A stretch of DNA of 36,484 nt from an uncultured Candidatus Peribacteria bacterium (GCA_964603905.1 CAZRWH010000004.1:25032-61515), one strand, 5' to 3'. Positions 1 through 8,918 are shown, counted from the stretch's first letter. The notes: generated by a model not told the origin, from the letters alone. Translations and numbers: made by a program.

Positions 1-782
1 TTCCCAATGAACTCCGCCCCCTCATAATCGGTCTTGCTATCCAGAACATCTTGTTCAGTTATTTTCTCTTCAACAACAGGGTCGGTATCGTGACCGTATT
101 TAACGTATTTGCTCAAGAAATCAACGCCATAAGAGTCATATACAAAACGGTATCCCATTCCGATTAATCCATTCATCAGTCCGATCATTAGCCATATAAC
201 AGGTAGTGCCGCAAACAGAAGGATCGTTCCGTTATCTCCAGCTAATTTATAAAGCGCAAAATTTAAAATACTCGCAAAAACCAACCCAAAAATAACATTA
301 TAAACTCCAAGTAGTGCATATTTCGCATCCGACAAAATTTCCAAAATCAAAGAACTAGCAATAATACCAAGCAATATCTGCAGAACTGCAATTAGTGCCA
401 TCATCTCAGTACTGAAACTTGATACGATAATGTACACCGGCGCCATCAGGATCAAGATGACAAGATTCACCACAAAAACCTGGTAAATCGTCGAAAAAAG
501 AGCTTTGTACTTAGACCGATCGGTAAGACCAATCAGCGTTGTACTCACAACATTCGAGAGACAACTACTCAAGAAAACCACAGCCATGAAGACAAAGATA
601 ACCAGCGGATTTAGAGTGCCCTCACTACCGCTAATCGACGACAGAACAGAAGCACCGAGGAAAACTGCGATCAAAAGAACGGCAGTTCCAACAATACCTC
701 CTCCAAGACCTGCTAAAGAGAGAAGCCCAAGAGTCAAAGGTGTGACTTTTCTAGGACCCAAAGTAGCTTTTGTACCTTCCAT
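1..782 (-). CDS. Multi-pass membrane protein of unknown function (3'-truncated by the window edge; not in the ORF track)
   Basis: Manual translation from ATG at 782: MEGTKATLGPRKVTPLTLGLLSLAGLGGGIVG...LPVIWLMIGLMNGLIGMGYRFVYDSYGVDFL...EGAEFIG. Open for 260 codons to the edge with several hydrophobic segments; starts 4 nt after the lspA stop. Confidence 0.85.
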   Translation of the reverse strand, partial: MEGTKATLGPRKVTPLTLGLLSLAGLGGGIVGTAVLLIAVFLGASVLSSISGSEGTLNPLVIFVFMAVVFLSSCLSNVVSTTLIGLTDRSKYKALFSTIYQVFVVNLVILILMAPVYIIVSSFSTEMMALIAVLQILLGIIASSLILEILSDAKYALLGVYNVIFGLVFASILNFALYKLAGDNGTILLFAALPVIWLMIGLMNGLIGMGYRFVYDSYGVDFLSKYVKYGHDTDPVVEEKITEQDVLDSKTDYEGAEFIG

Positions 783-786
783 AGTT

Positions 787-1245
787 TTATTTTTTATTTT
801 TACTGATGACAATTTTATCATACAGAACAAAAAGTGCCACCACGCCAAGCACAATAGTTGTATCGGCAAGATTAAAAATCGGCCATTTCCAGATAGAAAT
901 ATAGTCGATTACAAATCCATAAAGTGCTCGATCAAATAGATTTCCAAGAGATCCACCAATCAAAAAACCGAATATCAAAGGACTCCAATAAGTTTTCCAA
1001 TCAAAAAATCGGCCAGCTAAATGAGATCCCACGCCAAGAAAAGCAATTGTCACGATAATTATAAACCCCATAGGAATCGGCAAACTGAAAGCAACTCCAG
1101 TGTTTTCGCTGTAAACAAGCTCGATCCACCCTGGAATCAGTTCGAAATTCACTCCAATCGCAAGCCGTTTAAGCAGGAAATCAATCCCGAAAATAAGGAG
1201 CGCAAGTCCAATACCAATTAGCTTGTTTTTGATTTCTTTATTCAT
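787..1245 (-). CDS. lspA: Signal peptidase II (lipoprotein signal peptidase)
   Basis: Motifs NTGVAFS, GGSLGNLFDR, VIDYI, WPIFNLAD; four TM segments. Confidence 0.95.
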   Translation of the reverse strand: MNKEIKNKLIGIGLALLIFGIDFLLKRLAIGVNFELIPGWIELVYSENTGVAFSLPIPMGFIIIVTIAFLGVGSHLAGRFFDWKTYWSPLIFGFLIGGSLGNLFDRALYGFVIDYISIWKWPIFNLADTTIVLGVVALFVLYDKIVISKNKK

Positions 1246-1253
1246 CGGGGCTG

Positions 1254-1282
1254 ATTTTACACAAAATCGCAGCCTCAGTCGA
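1254..1282 (-). promoter_or_regulatory. Putative sigma70 promoter for lspA (near-leaderless)
   Basis: Minus strand reads TCGACT-17nt-TAAAAT with TG extension, ending 8 nt before the ATG. Confidence 0.5.
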
Positions 1283-1358
1283 TAGGCGCAAAAGAAAAGT
1301 TGATTGGCTCAAGCCAAATTATAAATAAGAGTAGTTTCATCTTCCAAACCTCGCACAT

Positions 1359-1385
1359 AACCGATAAGATATGATCGGTTTTTTT
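1359..1385 (+). terminator. Intrinsic terminator-like hairpin upstream of ftsW
   Basis: AACCGAT-8nt loop-ATCGGTT followed by TTTTT. Confidence 0.45.
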
Positions 1386-1423
1386 GATAAACGAAAAACC
1401 GTTCGCAAAAATAAATCCTAACT

Positions 1424-1529
1424 TGCGCGAAGCGCACCACAAACTTGCGACTTGTGACTAAAATTAAAAACGTTTTCGCGTCAGCAAAAACACCATGACT
1501 ACAACTACCACTACTCGCTACCACTACCT
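1424..1529 (+). repeat. Dispersed leader element, copy A (GCGC mini-hairpin, ATTAAAAA, GTTT..AAAC hairpin, CCATGACTAC, ACT-rich tract)
   Basis: attaaaaacgttttcgcgtcagcaaaaacaccatgactac aligns with attaaaaatacgtttcgcaacgcgaaaccccatgactac (from 20671) and tgtttctgcccaggcagaaacaccatgactac (from 20746). Confidence 0.75.
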
Positions 1530-2762
1530 ATGCGCAAACCCTACAACCAAATCGACCAGATACTGCTTATAACGGTTTTTGCACTTATCGTTGTGGGGAT
1601 TATTATGATTACAAGTATTGGTGTGCCGAAGTCGATTCAATTATCGGCGCCAGGTGTTGCTTATCCTAACTGTAGCGATGCGGCGGTGGACTGTTATTTG
1701 GTTTTGAAAAAGCATCTGACGAGGGTGCTTATCGGGGTTGTGGCGTTTTTGATAACGCTTAAGATAAATTACAAGACATGGGAGAAGACGGCTCCATTAA
1801 TTTACTTGGTTTCGGTGGGGATGCTTTTGGCGGTGTTTATATTTGGATCTGCAAATAATACGATTGCGAGGAGTTGGATTAACATTCAGTTCATTCCATT
1901 TTTGAGTTCGGTTCAGCCTGCAGAGATTGCGAAATTGGGGCTTGTTATGTACATGTCGATGTGGATTACGAAGAAGATGCAGACTAGAGATGGGTTGGAC
2001 GATTGGAAGGAAGGTTTTTGGTCGTTCGTAATAATATCCGGAGTTATAGTTCTGCCGGTTATTATGCAGCCGGATTTGGGATCGACTCTTGTTTTGGCGT
2101 CAATTGCAACAATTATGTATTTCGTGGGAGGTGCACCTGTTAAGCATCTGTTGGTGGGGGCACTTATTGCAGGAATTTTTGCTATGGGGGCGATTAGTAC
2201 TCAGGATTATTTGAAGAATAGATTTAAAGCTTTTATGTTCCCGGACGACAACTGTAGTGAGGACTATTGTTGGCAATCAGAACAGGCAAAAATAGCGATA
2301 GGAAGTGGTGGAATTTGGGGAAAAGGTTTGACCCAGGGCATCCAAAAATCTTATTGGCTTCCTCAGGCTTCGGACGACTTTATTTTTGCGGCGTCAGCTG
2401 AGGAGCTTGGATTTTTCAGGATCATATTGGTGGTTTTGGGGTACGGAATAATAGGTTATCGAGGGTTTCAAATTGCAAACCATGCGCCAAGCCGATTCTC
2501 AATGATGTTAGCCACGGGGATAACGGTATGGGTGACGGCACAAGCTTTTATAAATATTATGGTTAACATTTCGTTGTTCCCGGTTACGGGGATTACGCTT
2601 CCATTCATAAGTTATGGAGGGTCATCAATGGTGACAACTCTTATGGCACTTGGAATTCTTTTAAATATATCCAAATACACAACCAACCATGCGTATACTT
2701 CTAACAGGAGGAGGAACAGCAGGCCACGTTATTCCCAATCTCGCCGTATCAGAAGAGCTTAA
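1530..2762 (+). CDS. ftsW: SEDS-family peptidoglycan polymerase FtsW/RodA
   Basis: ARSWI, QPAEIAK, QPDLGS, AIGSGGIWGKG, DDFIFA, LPFISYGGSS; adjacent to murG. Confidence 0.92.
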   Translation: MRKPYNQIDQILLITVFALIVVGIIMITSIGVPKSIQLSAPGVAYPNCSDAAVDCYLVLKKHLTRVLIGVVAFLITLKINYKTWEKTAPLIYLVSVGMLLAVFIFGSANNTIARSWINIQFIPFLSSVQPAEIAKLGLVMYMSMWITKKMQTRDGLDDWKEGFWSFVIISGVIVLPVIMQPDLGSTLVLASIATIMYFVGGAPVKHLLVGALIAGIFAMGAISTQDYLKNRFKAFMFPDDNCSEDYCWQSEQAKIAIGSGGIWGKGLTQGIQKSYWLPQASDDFIFAASAEELGFFRIILVVLGYGIIGYRGFQIANHAPSRFSMMLATGITVWVTAQAFINIMVNISLFPVTGITLPFISYGGSSMVTTLMALGILLNISKYTTNHAYTSNRRRNSRPRYSQSRRIRRA

Positions 2763-3768
2763 AGGGGAAAAACTGCTATACATAGGTTCCAAAAACAAGA
2801 TCGACCGAGAGCTGGTCGAAGGAGCTGGTATAGAATTTCAGGCAATTTTCACAGGGAAATTACGCAGATATTTATCAATCCAAAATTTCGTAGATCTTTT
2901 CAAAATACCGATTGGATTTTTTCAGTCCATTTATCATATTCACAAATTCCAGCCCGACGTAATTTTCTCGAAAGGTGGTTTTGTGGCGGTTCCTGTGGTT
3001 TTTGCAGGATGGATTTTAAGAAAAAAAATCGTAATTCATGAGGCGGATGCAAGTCCCGGGCTGGCAACAAAGCTTACAGGGTTGGTAGCGGACAAAATAC
3101 TGACTTCATACGAAGAGACAAAGAAATATTACAGACGAAAGAAACGCGCAAAAATCGAATACGTGGGGCTTCCAATCAGGCCAGAAATAGCAAAGGGAAG
3201 CAAGAAAGAAGGATACAAACTCACAGGGTTTAACGACAAAAGACCTGTTGTGTTGGTGATGGGAGGTAGTTTAGGTGCTGTGAAAATAAACAATACTCTT
3301 TGGAGCGCGCTAACACAGTTGATACCAGACTTCCAGGTTGTACACATCTGCGGGAAAGGTAAGTCAGGGAAAGTTTTTAGTAATTTTCTTCTCGATAAAA
3401 TCCAAGGTTCGTACTCAGAATTTGAATACATTGGGGAAGAGATGAAAGACGTATATGCAATCACTGATATCATCGTATCTCGAGCAGGGGCAAACAGCTT
3501 GGCAGAGATAGAAGCACTAGGATTGCCATCAATACTTGTGCCACTTCCAAGCAAGTCGAGCCGAGGAGACCAGCTTGTTAACGCAAAGCTTTTTAGAGCT
3601 CGTGATGAAAAGAGGCGAAAGATAATAAAAAACGAAAAATTCACATCAAAATCACTAGTTGAGGCGCTGGAAGAACTTAAAAAATTATCCAGACACAGTT
3701 CGGTACAAGACCCTGCGAAACCTGCAAAAGACATAGCTAAAATATTAAAATCATGCGTATCGGAGTAA
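2689..3768 (+). CDS. murG: MurG, lipid I N-acetylglucosamine transferase
   Basis: GGGTAGHV, GKLRRY, KGGFVAVP, GGSLGA, SRAGAN, DQLVNA. Overlaps the ftsW 3' end by 74 nt. Confidence 0.96.
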   Translation: MRILLTGGGTAGHVIPNLAVSEELKGEKLLYIGSKNKIDRELVEGAGIEFQAIFTGKLRRYLSIQNFVDLFKIPIGFFQSIYHIHKFQPDVIFSKGGFVAVPVVFAGWILRKKIVIHEADASPGLATKLTGLVADKILTSYEETKKYYRRKKRAKIEYVGLPIRPEIAKGSKKEGYKLTGFNDKRPVVLVMGGSLGAVKINNTLWSALTQLIPDFQVVHICGKGKSGKVFSNFLLDKIQGSYSEFEYIGEEMKDVYAITDIIVSRAGANSLAEIEALGLPSILVPLPSKSSRGDQLVNAKLFRARDEKRRKIIKNEKFTSKSLVEALEELKKLSRHSSVQDPAKPAKDIAKILKSCVSE

Positions 3769-4853
3769 ATGCGAGGCTACTTGAAAAAGCTGTTGGCATC
3801 GGCCAATATACCCTGAATTTATACAAGCATATGGCAGAAGACCATCCAGAAGATGAGTTTGTTTTGGTGACTCGGAAGAATGTAAAAGTTGATCTTCCGA
3901 ACAACGTTTCAATCAAAGTTATTCCAGAGAAAAAATGGATACCATTTGCTAGTCTCAAAAAAGGCTATTGGGAACAAATTCAAGTGCCAAAATTTTTCAA
4001 AAAAGAAAAGCTCGACGTAATTCATTACACATATCCAGCGAGCCCATTGAAAAAACTCAAGACCCCATCAACAGTCACAGTTCACGATACGATTCCTTGG
4101 GACGACAAAAGATATACGAAATCTTTTAGGTCGAAAATTTATTTTTGGTTAACAAAAAGATCTCTAAAAAAAGAAAAGACGATAATAGCGGTTTCCGAAA
4201 CCTCAAAACGAGACCTACTAAACTTGATACATGGAGACCCAAAAAGAGTTCACGTGACATATGAGGCGGCATCAGAGAGCTTCGCTCAGAATGTAGAATG
4301 TAGAATGAAGAATGAAGAATATCTGATATATGTCGGTGGGTATGATGTAAGGAAAAACGTACCACAGTTGATTGAAATTTTCGAAAAAATATCGCCAGAA
4401 TTCCTAAACTTGAAATTGCTACTTGTATCAGGGGAAGGGTTCTTGCAAAAAAACGTCAAAAATAGTAATATCAATATACTCACAACAGGGTTCGTAGAAG
4501 AACAAGAGCTAGCGAAATTATACCGAGGCGCCAAAGCGTTCATTAACATCTCCGAAAAAGAAGGATTCAATCTCCCTATTTTGGAAGCAGCTTACTCAGA
4601 AACGCCGATACTTACATCTGACATACCTTTGCACAGGGAGCTTTACGATCCACATGTGTTGTTTTTGCCTCTCCAAGATCAAGAGAAGGCGGCTACACTG
4701 GTCAGTAATTTTATAAAAAATCCAAAAATCCAAAAAAAGCTCCGCGAGGAGACGAAAAAATTACGCGAAAAATACACCTGGGAGGAAGCGGCCAAAAAAA
4801 CTTACGAGATCCTAACCACTCTCAAATGCTCTGGATCATCGCCACACATTTAG
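3753..4853 (+). CDS. Glycosyltransferase family 4 (GT-B)
   Basis: GIGQY, VTVHD, IAVSETSK, YVGGYDVRKN, EGFNLPILEA, TSDIP. Confidence 0.9.
   Translation: MRIGVNARLLEKAVGIGQYTLNLYKHMAEDHPEDEFVLVTRKNVKVDLPNNVSIKVIPEKKWIPFASLKKGYWEQIQVPKFFKKEKLDVIHYTYPASPLKKLKTPSTVTVHDTIPWDDKRYTKSFRSKIYFWLTKRSLKKEKTIIAVSETSKRDLLNLIHGDPKRVHVTYEAASESFAQNVECRMKNEEYLIYVGGYDVRKNVPQLIEIFEKISPEFLNLKLLLVSGEGFLQKNVKNSNINILTTGFVEEQELAKLYRGAKAFINISEKEGFNLPILEAAYSETPILTSDIPLHRELYDPHVLFLPLQDQEKAATLVSNFIKNPKIQKKLREETKKLREKYTWEEAAKKTYEILTTLKCSGSSPHI
4288..4322 (+). repeat. Heptamer tandem array inside the GT4 gene
   Basis: AGAATGT AGAATGT AGAATGA AGAATGA AGAATAT, preceded by the GAGC-TTC-GCTC palindrome (4277-4287). Confidence 0.85.
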
Positions 4854-5047
4854 TTTCAATCTGTTTCGCAGTTATTGCGATCAGGTTAATAATGCGACAC
4901 ATCAAGAGATACAGGTTACCAAGCTCCCAATACAGAAAATTGTGGGGCTTTTTTAGAATAACCTATTTGATTTGGATTTATGCGATTGCAGCGACAGTGT
5001 GGGCGCTCGTTACGATAGGATTATTTGCGGTAATTAATTTCGTATGA
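4826..5047 (+). CDS. Small two-TM membrane protein
   Basis: Two hydrophobic helices with a basic loop; overlaps both neighbours as in an operon. Confidence 0.7.
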   Translation: MLWIIATHLVSICFAVIAIRLIMRHIKRYRLPSSQYRKLWGFFRITYLIWIYAIAATVWALVTIGLFAVINFV

Positions 5048-5652
5048 CTATAAGGCAAGACAATACAAATAGACATTTTCAGGGGCAGCAAAAAAACGAA
5101 CGCCTTGTGTATTTCGCACGGAAGCATTGGATTACATTGGTGCCTATTTTGATTGAAGCAGCTTTGTGTATTGGAGCAGCTGTCGGTGTTGTAGTGGGGA
5201 CATTGTTATATGCGAGAGAGGGATCATCGACAATGGGTTTTGCGATTGCAGCAGTTATTGTAATGACAATCTGGATGCATCACGTTTTTGTAAGGTTGTT
5301 AAATTATTTTTTGGACATAGTTTTGATAACAAATTTCCGGATTATAAACATCGAAAAGACCTTGTTTTTGAAAAACGATAAAAACGTGGTTGATCTCCAC
5401 GAAATTCAGGATATAAAAAAATTCCAACACGGTATTACTCCAAACCTTCTAAATTATGGTAAACTTGTTGTCGTAGTGCCGACAATGATAGAACCAATGA
5501 TTTTGGAGAAAATGCCAGCACCTGACAGATTCTTCCGAAAGATAAATAATGCCAAGCGAGACTACATATACGGACGTCAGCAGCAACGGCTAAATGTTCT
5601 ATCGCAAAGGCAACATAACCAAATAAAAGATGCAGTTTCCAGGACAGCGTAA
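5044..5652 (+). CDS. Membrane protein with bacterial PH (bPH_2-like) domain
   Basis: FQGQQKNE..RKHW, two TMs, then LITNFRII..IQDI..LLNYGKL. Confidence 0.75.
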   Translation: MTIRQDNTNRHFQGQQKNERLVYFARKHWITLVPILIEAALCIGAAVGVVVGTLLYAREGSSTMGFAIAAVIVMTIWMHHVFVRLLNYFLDIVLITNFRIINIEKTLFLKNDKNVVDLHEIQDIKKFQHGITPNLLNYGKLVVVVPTMIEPMILEKMPAPDRFFRKINNAKRDYIYGRQQQRLNVLSQRQHNQIKDAVSRTA

Positions 5653-6145
5653 ATCAGAGAGAATACAGTTCATGGTAAGGAAACATTGGGTTATAGACTT
5701 CAAGATATTCCTGACAATGATGATTGTTTATGTTATCCCGGGGATGCTACTCGTTTCGGCAATTTTGGTTTATTGGCCAAATTTCTTCAATAATTTCCGG
5801 TCAATCATAATGGTGTACACATTGATTTACCTGCTTTTTGCTGGGCTTGTTTTGTACATAAAATGGCTAAACGAGGAACTAGACCTAATTGTGGTCACGA
5901 ACTTGCGTGTGATCAGCCTAGACCAGGTGAAGTTCATGGAAAGAACTGTATCAGAAACAGGTTTGACCCAAATCCAGGATGTGAAAGGGATAGAGAAAGG
6001 AGTTTTGAGCAATATTCTGCATTATGGGGATATAGAAATTCAAACAGCAGCAGAACAAATAGTTTTCAAAATACAAAACGTACCTTATCCATTCAGAGCT
6101 GCGCGACGAATACTTGAGATGAGGGATAAACTAACAAAAACATGA
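5630..6145 (+). CDS. Membrane protein with bacterial PH (bPH_2-like) domain, paralog of the upstream gene
   Basis: FPGQRKSE..RKHW, two TMs, VTNLRVI..IQDV..ILHYGDIEIQTA. Confidence 0.8.
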   Translation: MQFPGQRKSERIQFMVRKHWVIDFKIFLTMMIVYVIPGMLLVSAILVYWPNFFNNFRSIIMVYTLIYLLFAGLVLYIKWLNEELDLIVVTNLRVISLDQVKFMERTVSETGLTQIQDVKGIEKGVLSNILHYGDIEIQTAAEQIVFKIQNVPYPFRAARRILEMRDKLTKT

Positions 6146-6639
6146 CAAATACAATAATTGTGATCGTTGCGATCGCCACTTTAATTGTGCTGGGATTAAT
6201 TACGGTGCTAAATATATTGACGCAAGAGAAGCGAAAGCTCGACATAACCTGGTCAAAGCTCGACAAAGCATTGATCAAAAGGCGTGACACCGTGCCATAC
6301 CTACTCGAAAGCGCCCGAATCTCAGATCCTCGTTGGAAATCTCTCAAAGATGCACGGGCGGCCCTTCTTTCAAACCAGATTCCAGCTAGGCAACGCATTG
6401 AACTTGAAGAAAAACTAGGCAACGCAATTGAGGCCTTGATTGCAATCGCAAAAACTGACGAATCAGTACGGACAGATACAGGATTTTTGGAATCAAAAAA
6501 GGATTTAAGAAAAGACATACCTACAGAAATAAACCCGTTAATCGCAAAATGGACAGCTGATGCAGAAAAGTACAATGACAAATTGGAACTCTTCCCATAT
6601 AGTATTGCGGCAAAGATTTTTAGACAGCACGCAGTGTAA
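6142..6639 (+). CDS. lemA: LemA family protein
   Basis: N-terminal TM, WSKLDKALIKRRDTVPYL, YNDKLELFPYSIAAKIF. Confidence 0.75.
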   Translation: MTNTIIVIVAIATLIVLGLITVLNILTQEKRKLDITWSKLDKALIKRRDTVPYLLESARISDPRWKSLKDARAALLSNQIPARQRIELEEKLGNAIEALIAIAKTDESVRTDTGFLESKKDLRKDIPTEINPLIAKWTADAEKYNDKLELFPYSIAAKIFRQHAV

Positions 6640-6697
6640 CGGAGGGCCATAAAGAGCTCAAAAAACTTTTGCACTTAATTAGAACAAAAGCCTCGTT

Positions 6698-8035
6698 ATG
6701 AAATACTATATACAGACATATGGCTGTCAGATGAACTACTCTGACTCAGAAAGACTAGTGACTTTGCTAGAGGCATATGGTTTTGAAAAATCTGACTCAG
6801 AAACAGACGCAGATTTAGTTGTTTTCAATTCTTGCTCAGTAAGACAAAAAGCCGAGAACAGGGTTCATGGAGCAATCGCAAACCTGAAAAAAGCCAGAAA
6901 AAAAGATGGGAACCTACTGATAGCTCTAACAGGATGCATGGTAAAAGCCGGGAAAGAAGAGAAAATCGAAAAACGAATAAAACATTTGGATATAGCATTC
7001 CGCCCGGAAGACATGGGTGATCTTGGAGACAGAATCAAAGAGATGCGACCGGACTGGAAAATGGTTGAGGACGAAGGAAGTCTGGGTAAATATTTTGAGA
7101 TTCATCCACAGGTAGCAAACAAATATCAGGTTTTTGTGCCGATAATGACAGGATGTGACAAGTTCTGTACTTACTGCATTGTTCCGTATTCACGTGGCCG
7201 CGAAAAAAGTCGCGATTGGGATGAGATCATTTCTGAATGCACACATTTGGTTGAAAACGGAGCAAAAGAAATAACACTTCTCGGGCAAACCGTAGATTCA
7301 TACGGGTTGAGTAATTTGGACAAAAAGAGCGGCAAATTTGAAGGAAAAACTTTCCCAAAACTTCTTCGCGAACTGGATAAATTAAGCGAAAAAGGCCTAA
7401 CTAGGCTTAGGTTTACATCACCACATCCGAAAGATTTTTCTCAAGAATTAATAGACACAATTGCCGAGTTAGAAACCCTGTGCCCATACATCCACTTGCC
7501 GGTCCAATCAGGTTCAAATTCTTGTTTGAGAAGGATGAACAGGCCGTACACGCGCGAAAAATATATCGACATAATCGAGCGAATACGAAAAGCAATTCCA
7601 GAATGTGCAATCTCAACAGACATAATTGTAGGGTTTTGTGGAGAAACAGAAGAAGAGTTCCAGGATTCATGCGACCTATACAACCAGCTAGGATTCGACA
7701 TGGCGTACATTGCAAAATACTCAACGAGAAAAGGTACATTCGCAGATAAGAAACTGGACGACGACGTACCATATGAAGTAAAGACGGAAAGATGGTGCAA
7801 ACTCAACGAAATCCTCAAGAAAAACTCACTAAAAACCAGCAAAGTATTCGAAGACAAGACCGTAGAGGTCCTGATCGAGCAACAAGGTGACGAATTAATG
7901 GGAAGATCTCGTGAATTCAAAGACGTGCGAATAACAGATTTCGACAAGTCCAAAGATTGGATAGGCGAGGTCGTAAATGTTAAAATAAACAAAGCCAGAA
8001 CATGGCTACTACAAGGAGAAATCATTAACCTATAA
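6698..8035 (+). CDS. miaB: tRNA methylthiotransferase MiaB (radical SAM)
   Basis: TYGCQMNYSDSE, NSCSVRQKAE, GCDKFCTYC (CxxxCxxC), RFTSPHP, STDIIVGF, C-terminal TRAM-like domain. Confidence 0.93.
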   Translation: MKYYIQTYGCQMNYSDSERLVTLLEAYGFEKSDSETDADLVVFNSCSVRQKAENRVHGAIANLKKARKKDGNLLIALTGCMVKAGKEEKIEKRIKHLDIAFRPEDMGDLGDRIKEMRPDWKMVEDEGSLGKYFEIHPQVANKYQVFVPIMTGCDKFCTYCIVPYSRGREKSRDWDEIISECTHLVENGAKEITLLGQTVDSYGLSNLDKKSGKFEGKTFPKLLRELDKLSEKGLTRLRFTSPHPKDFSQELIDTIAELETLCPYIHLPVQSGSNSCLRRMNRPYTREKYIDIIERIRKAIPECAISTDIIVGFCGETEEEFQDSCDLYNQLGFDMAYIAKYSTRKGTFADKKLDDDVPYEVKTERWCKLNEILKKNSLKTSKVFEDKTVEVLIEQQGDELMGRSREFKDVRITDFDKSKDWIGEVVNVKINKARTWLLQGEIINL

Positions 8036-8046
8036 CAGACACTAAC

Positions 8047-8232
8047 ATGGGAAGAAGAGGATGGGCGCCGTCAGATGCGCCAGAAAGAAAAAAGGTTGTA
8101 GCGGACACAGAAGAACCTAGGAGCAAGACGGAAGAAGTAGGGCGTAAAGCAATGAGGCAAGTTTTTGCTAGATTCTTGAGAGAGGCCCAAATAACAGAAG
8201 AAGGATCGCCATCTAGATTCGATCGAAGATAA
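8047..8232 (+). CDS. Small hypothetical protein (61 aa, highly charged)
   Basis: ATG 11 nt after the miaB stop; fills the gap; no family recognised. Confidence 0.45.
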   Translation: MGRRGWAPSDAPERKKVVADTEEPRSKTEEVGRKAMRQVFARFLREAQITEEGSPSRFDRR

Positions 8233-8299
8233 AAAAGTGTAATAAAATTTCCAAACCACATTATACGGTTGTAAGTATGATTTTTAACCATGTAAAAAC

Positions 8300-8908
8300 A
8301 TGAAAAAAACAATCGCAATGATGGCACTGGTAGTTGTGCTAATGACAGGATGCGTCAATATAACCGTTGAGGTTGAAGACGAAGAACTTAGGGAGGTATT
8401 AACTGAGCTACAAGAAAGTTCAGACCCAATCACTATCGATATTGTCGGTGGAGAAGAGGGGGTTGAGGAGGATGAAGACGAGGCAGAAGAATTGCCTAGT
8501 TCGGTGATCGACTTTGAATCACTTGAAGAGGGAGACACTGTGGGAGGCATGGTTGTAACTGAGCTTGAAAAGCGCACAGAATCATGGCCTCTTGGGGAAT
8601 GGAATTCTATGATTACATTTGAAGGGGAGATCGAGCTAACAGGAGAATATGTACTGATGGATGAAGGATATTCCCCAATGGCAGGTTTAGTTTGTGTTAC
8701 TGGTCTTGATGACGAATCTTTAGAGGTACTTCCTCTGCCAGAAGATTACAGTAGGCTTTACTTCTGCTTTGAAAACAGTAGTGATGTAGCAACAACATTG
8801 CTTGATGGTATGACCGAGGGAGAAGGTACGTTTGTGATTGATAAATTTGATTACGTTGGAATTGAAGGAGGTGTTTGGAATGTGGCTAGGTTAGTACCAA
8901 GTATGTAA
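8300..8908 (+). CDS. Acidic predicted lipoprotein
   Basis: MKKTIAMMALVVVLMTG-C lipobox; very Glu-rich. Confidence 0.8.
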   Translation: MKKTIAMMALVVVLMTGCVNITVEVEDEELREVLTELQESSDPITIDIVGGEEGVEEDEDEAEELPSSVIDFESLEEGDTVGGMVVTELEKRTESWPLGEWNSMITFEGEIELTGEYVLMDEGYSPMAGLVCVTGLDDESLEVLPLPEDYSRLYFCFENSSDVATTLLDGMTEGEGTFVIDKFDYVGIEGGVWNVARLVPSM

Positions 8909-8918
8909 TGCTAAAATG

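Noticed and set aside
505-939. + strand 144-aa ORF from the track
   Set aside because: Antisense shadow of the minus-strand membrane gene and lspA.
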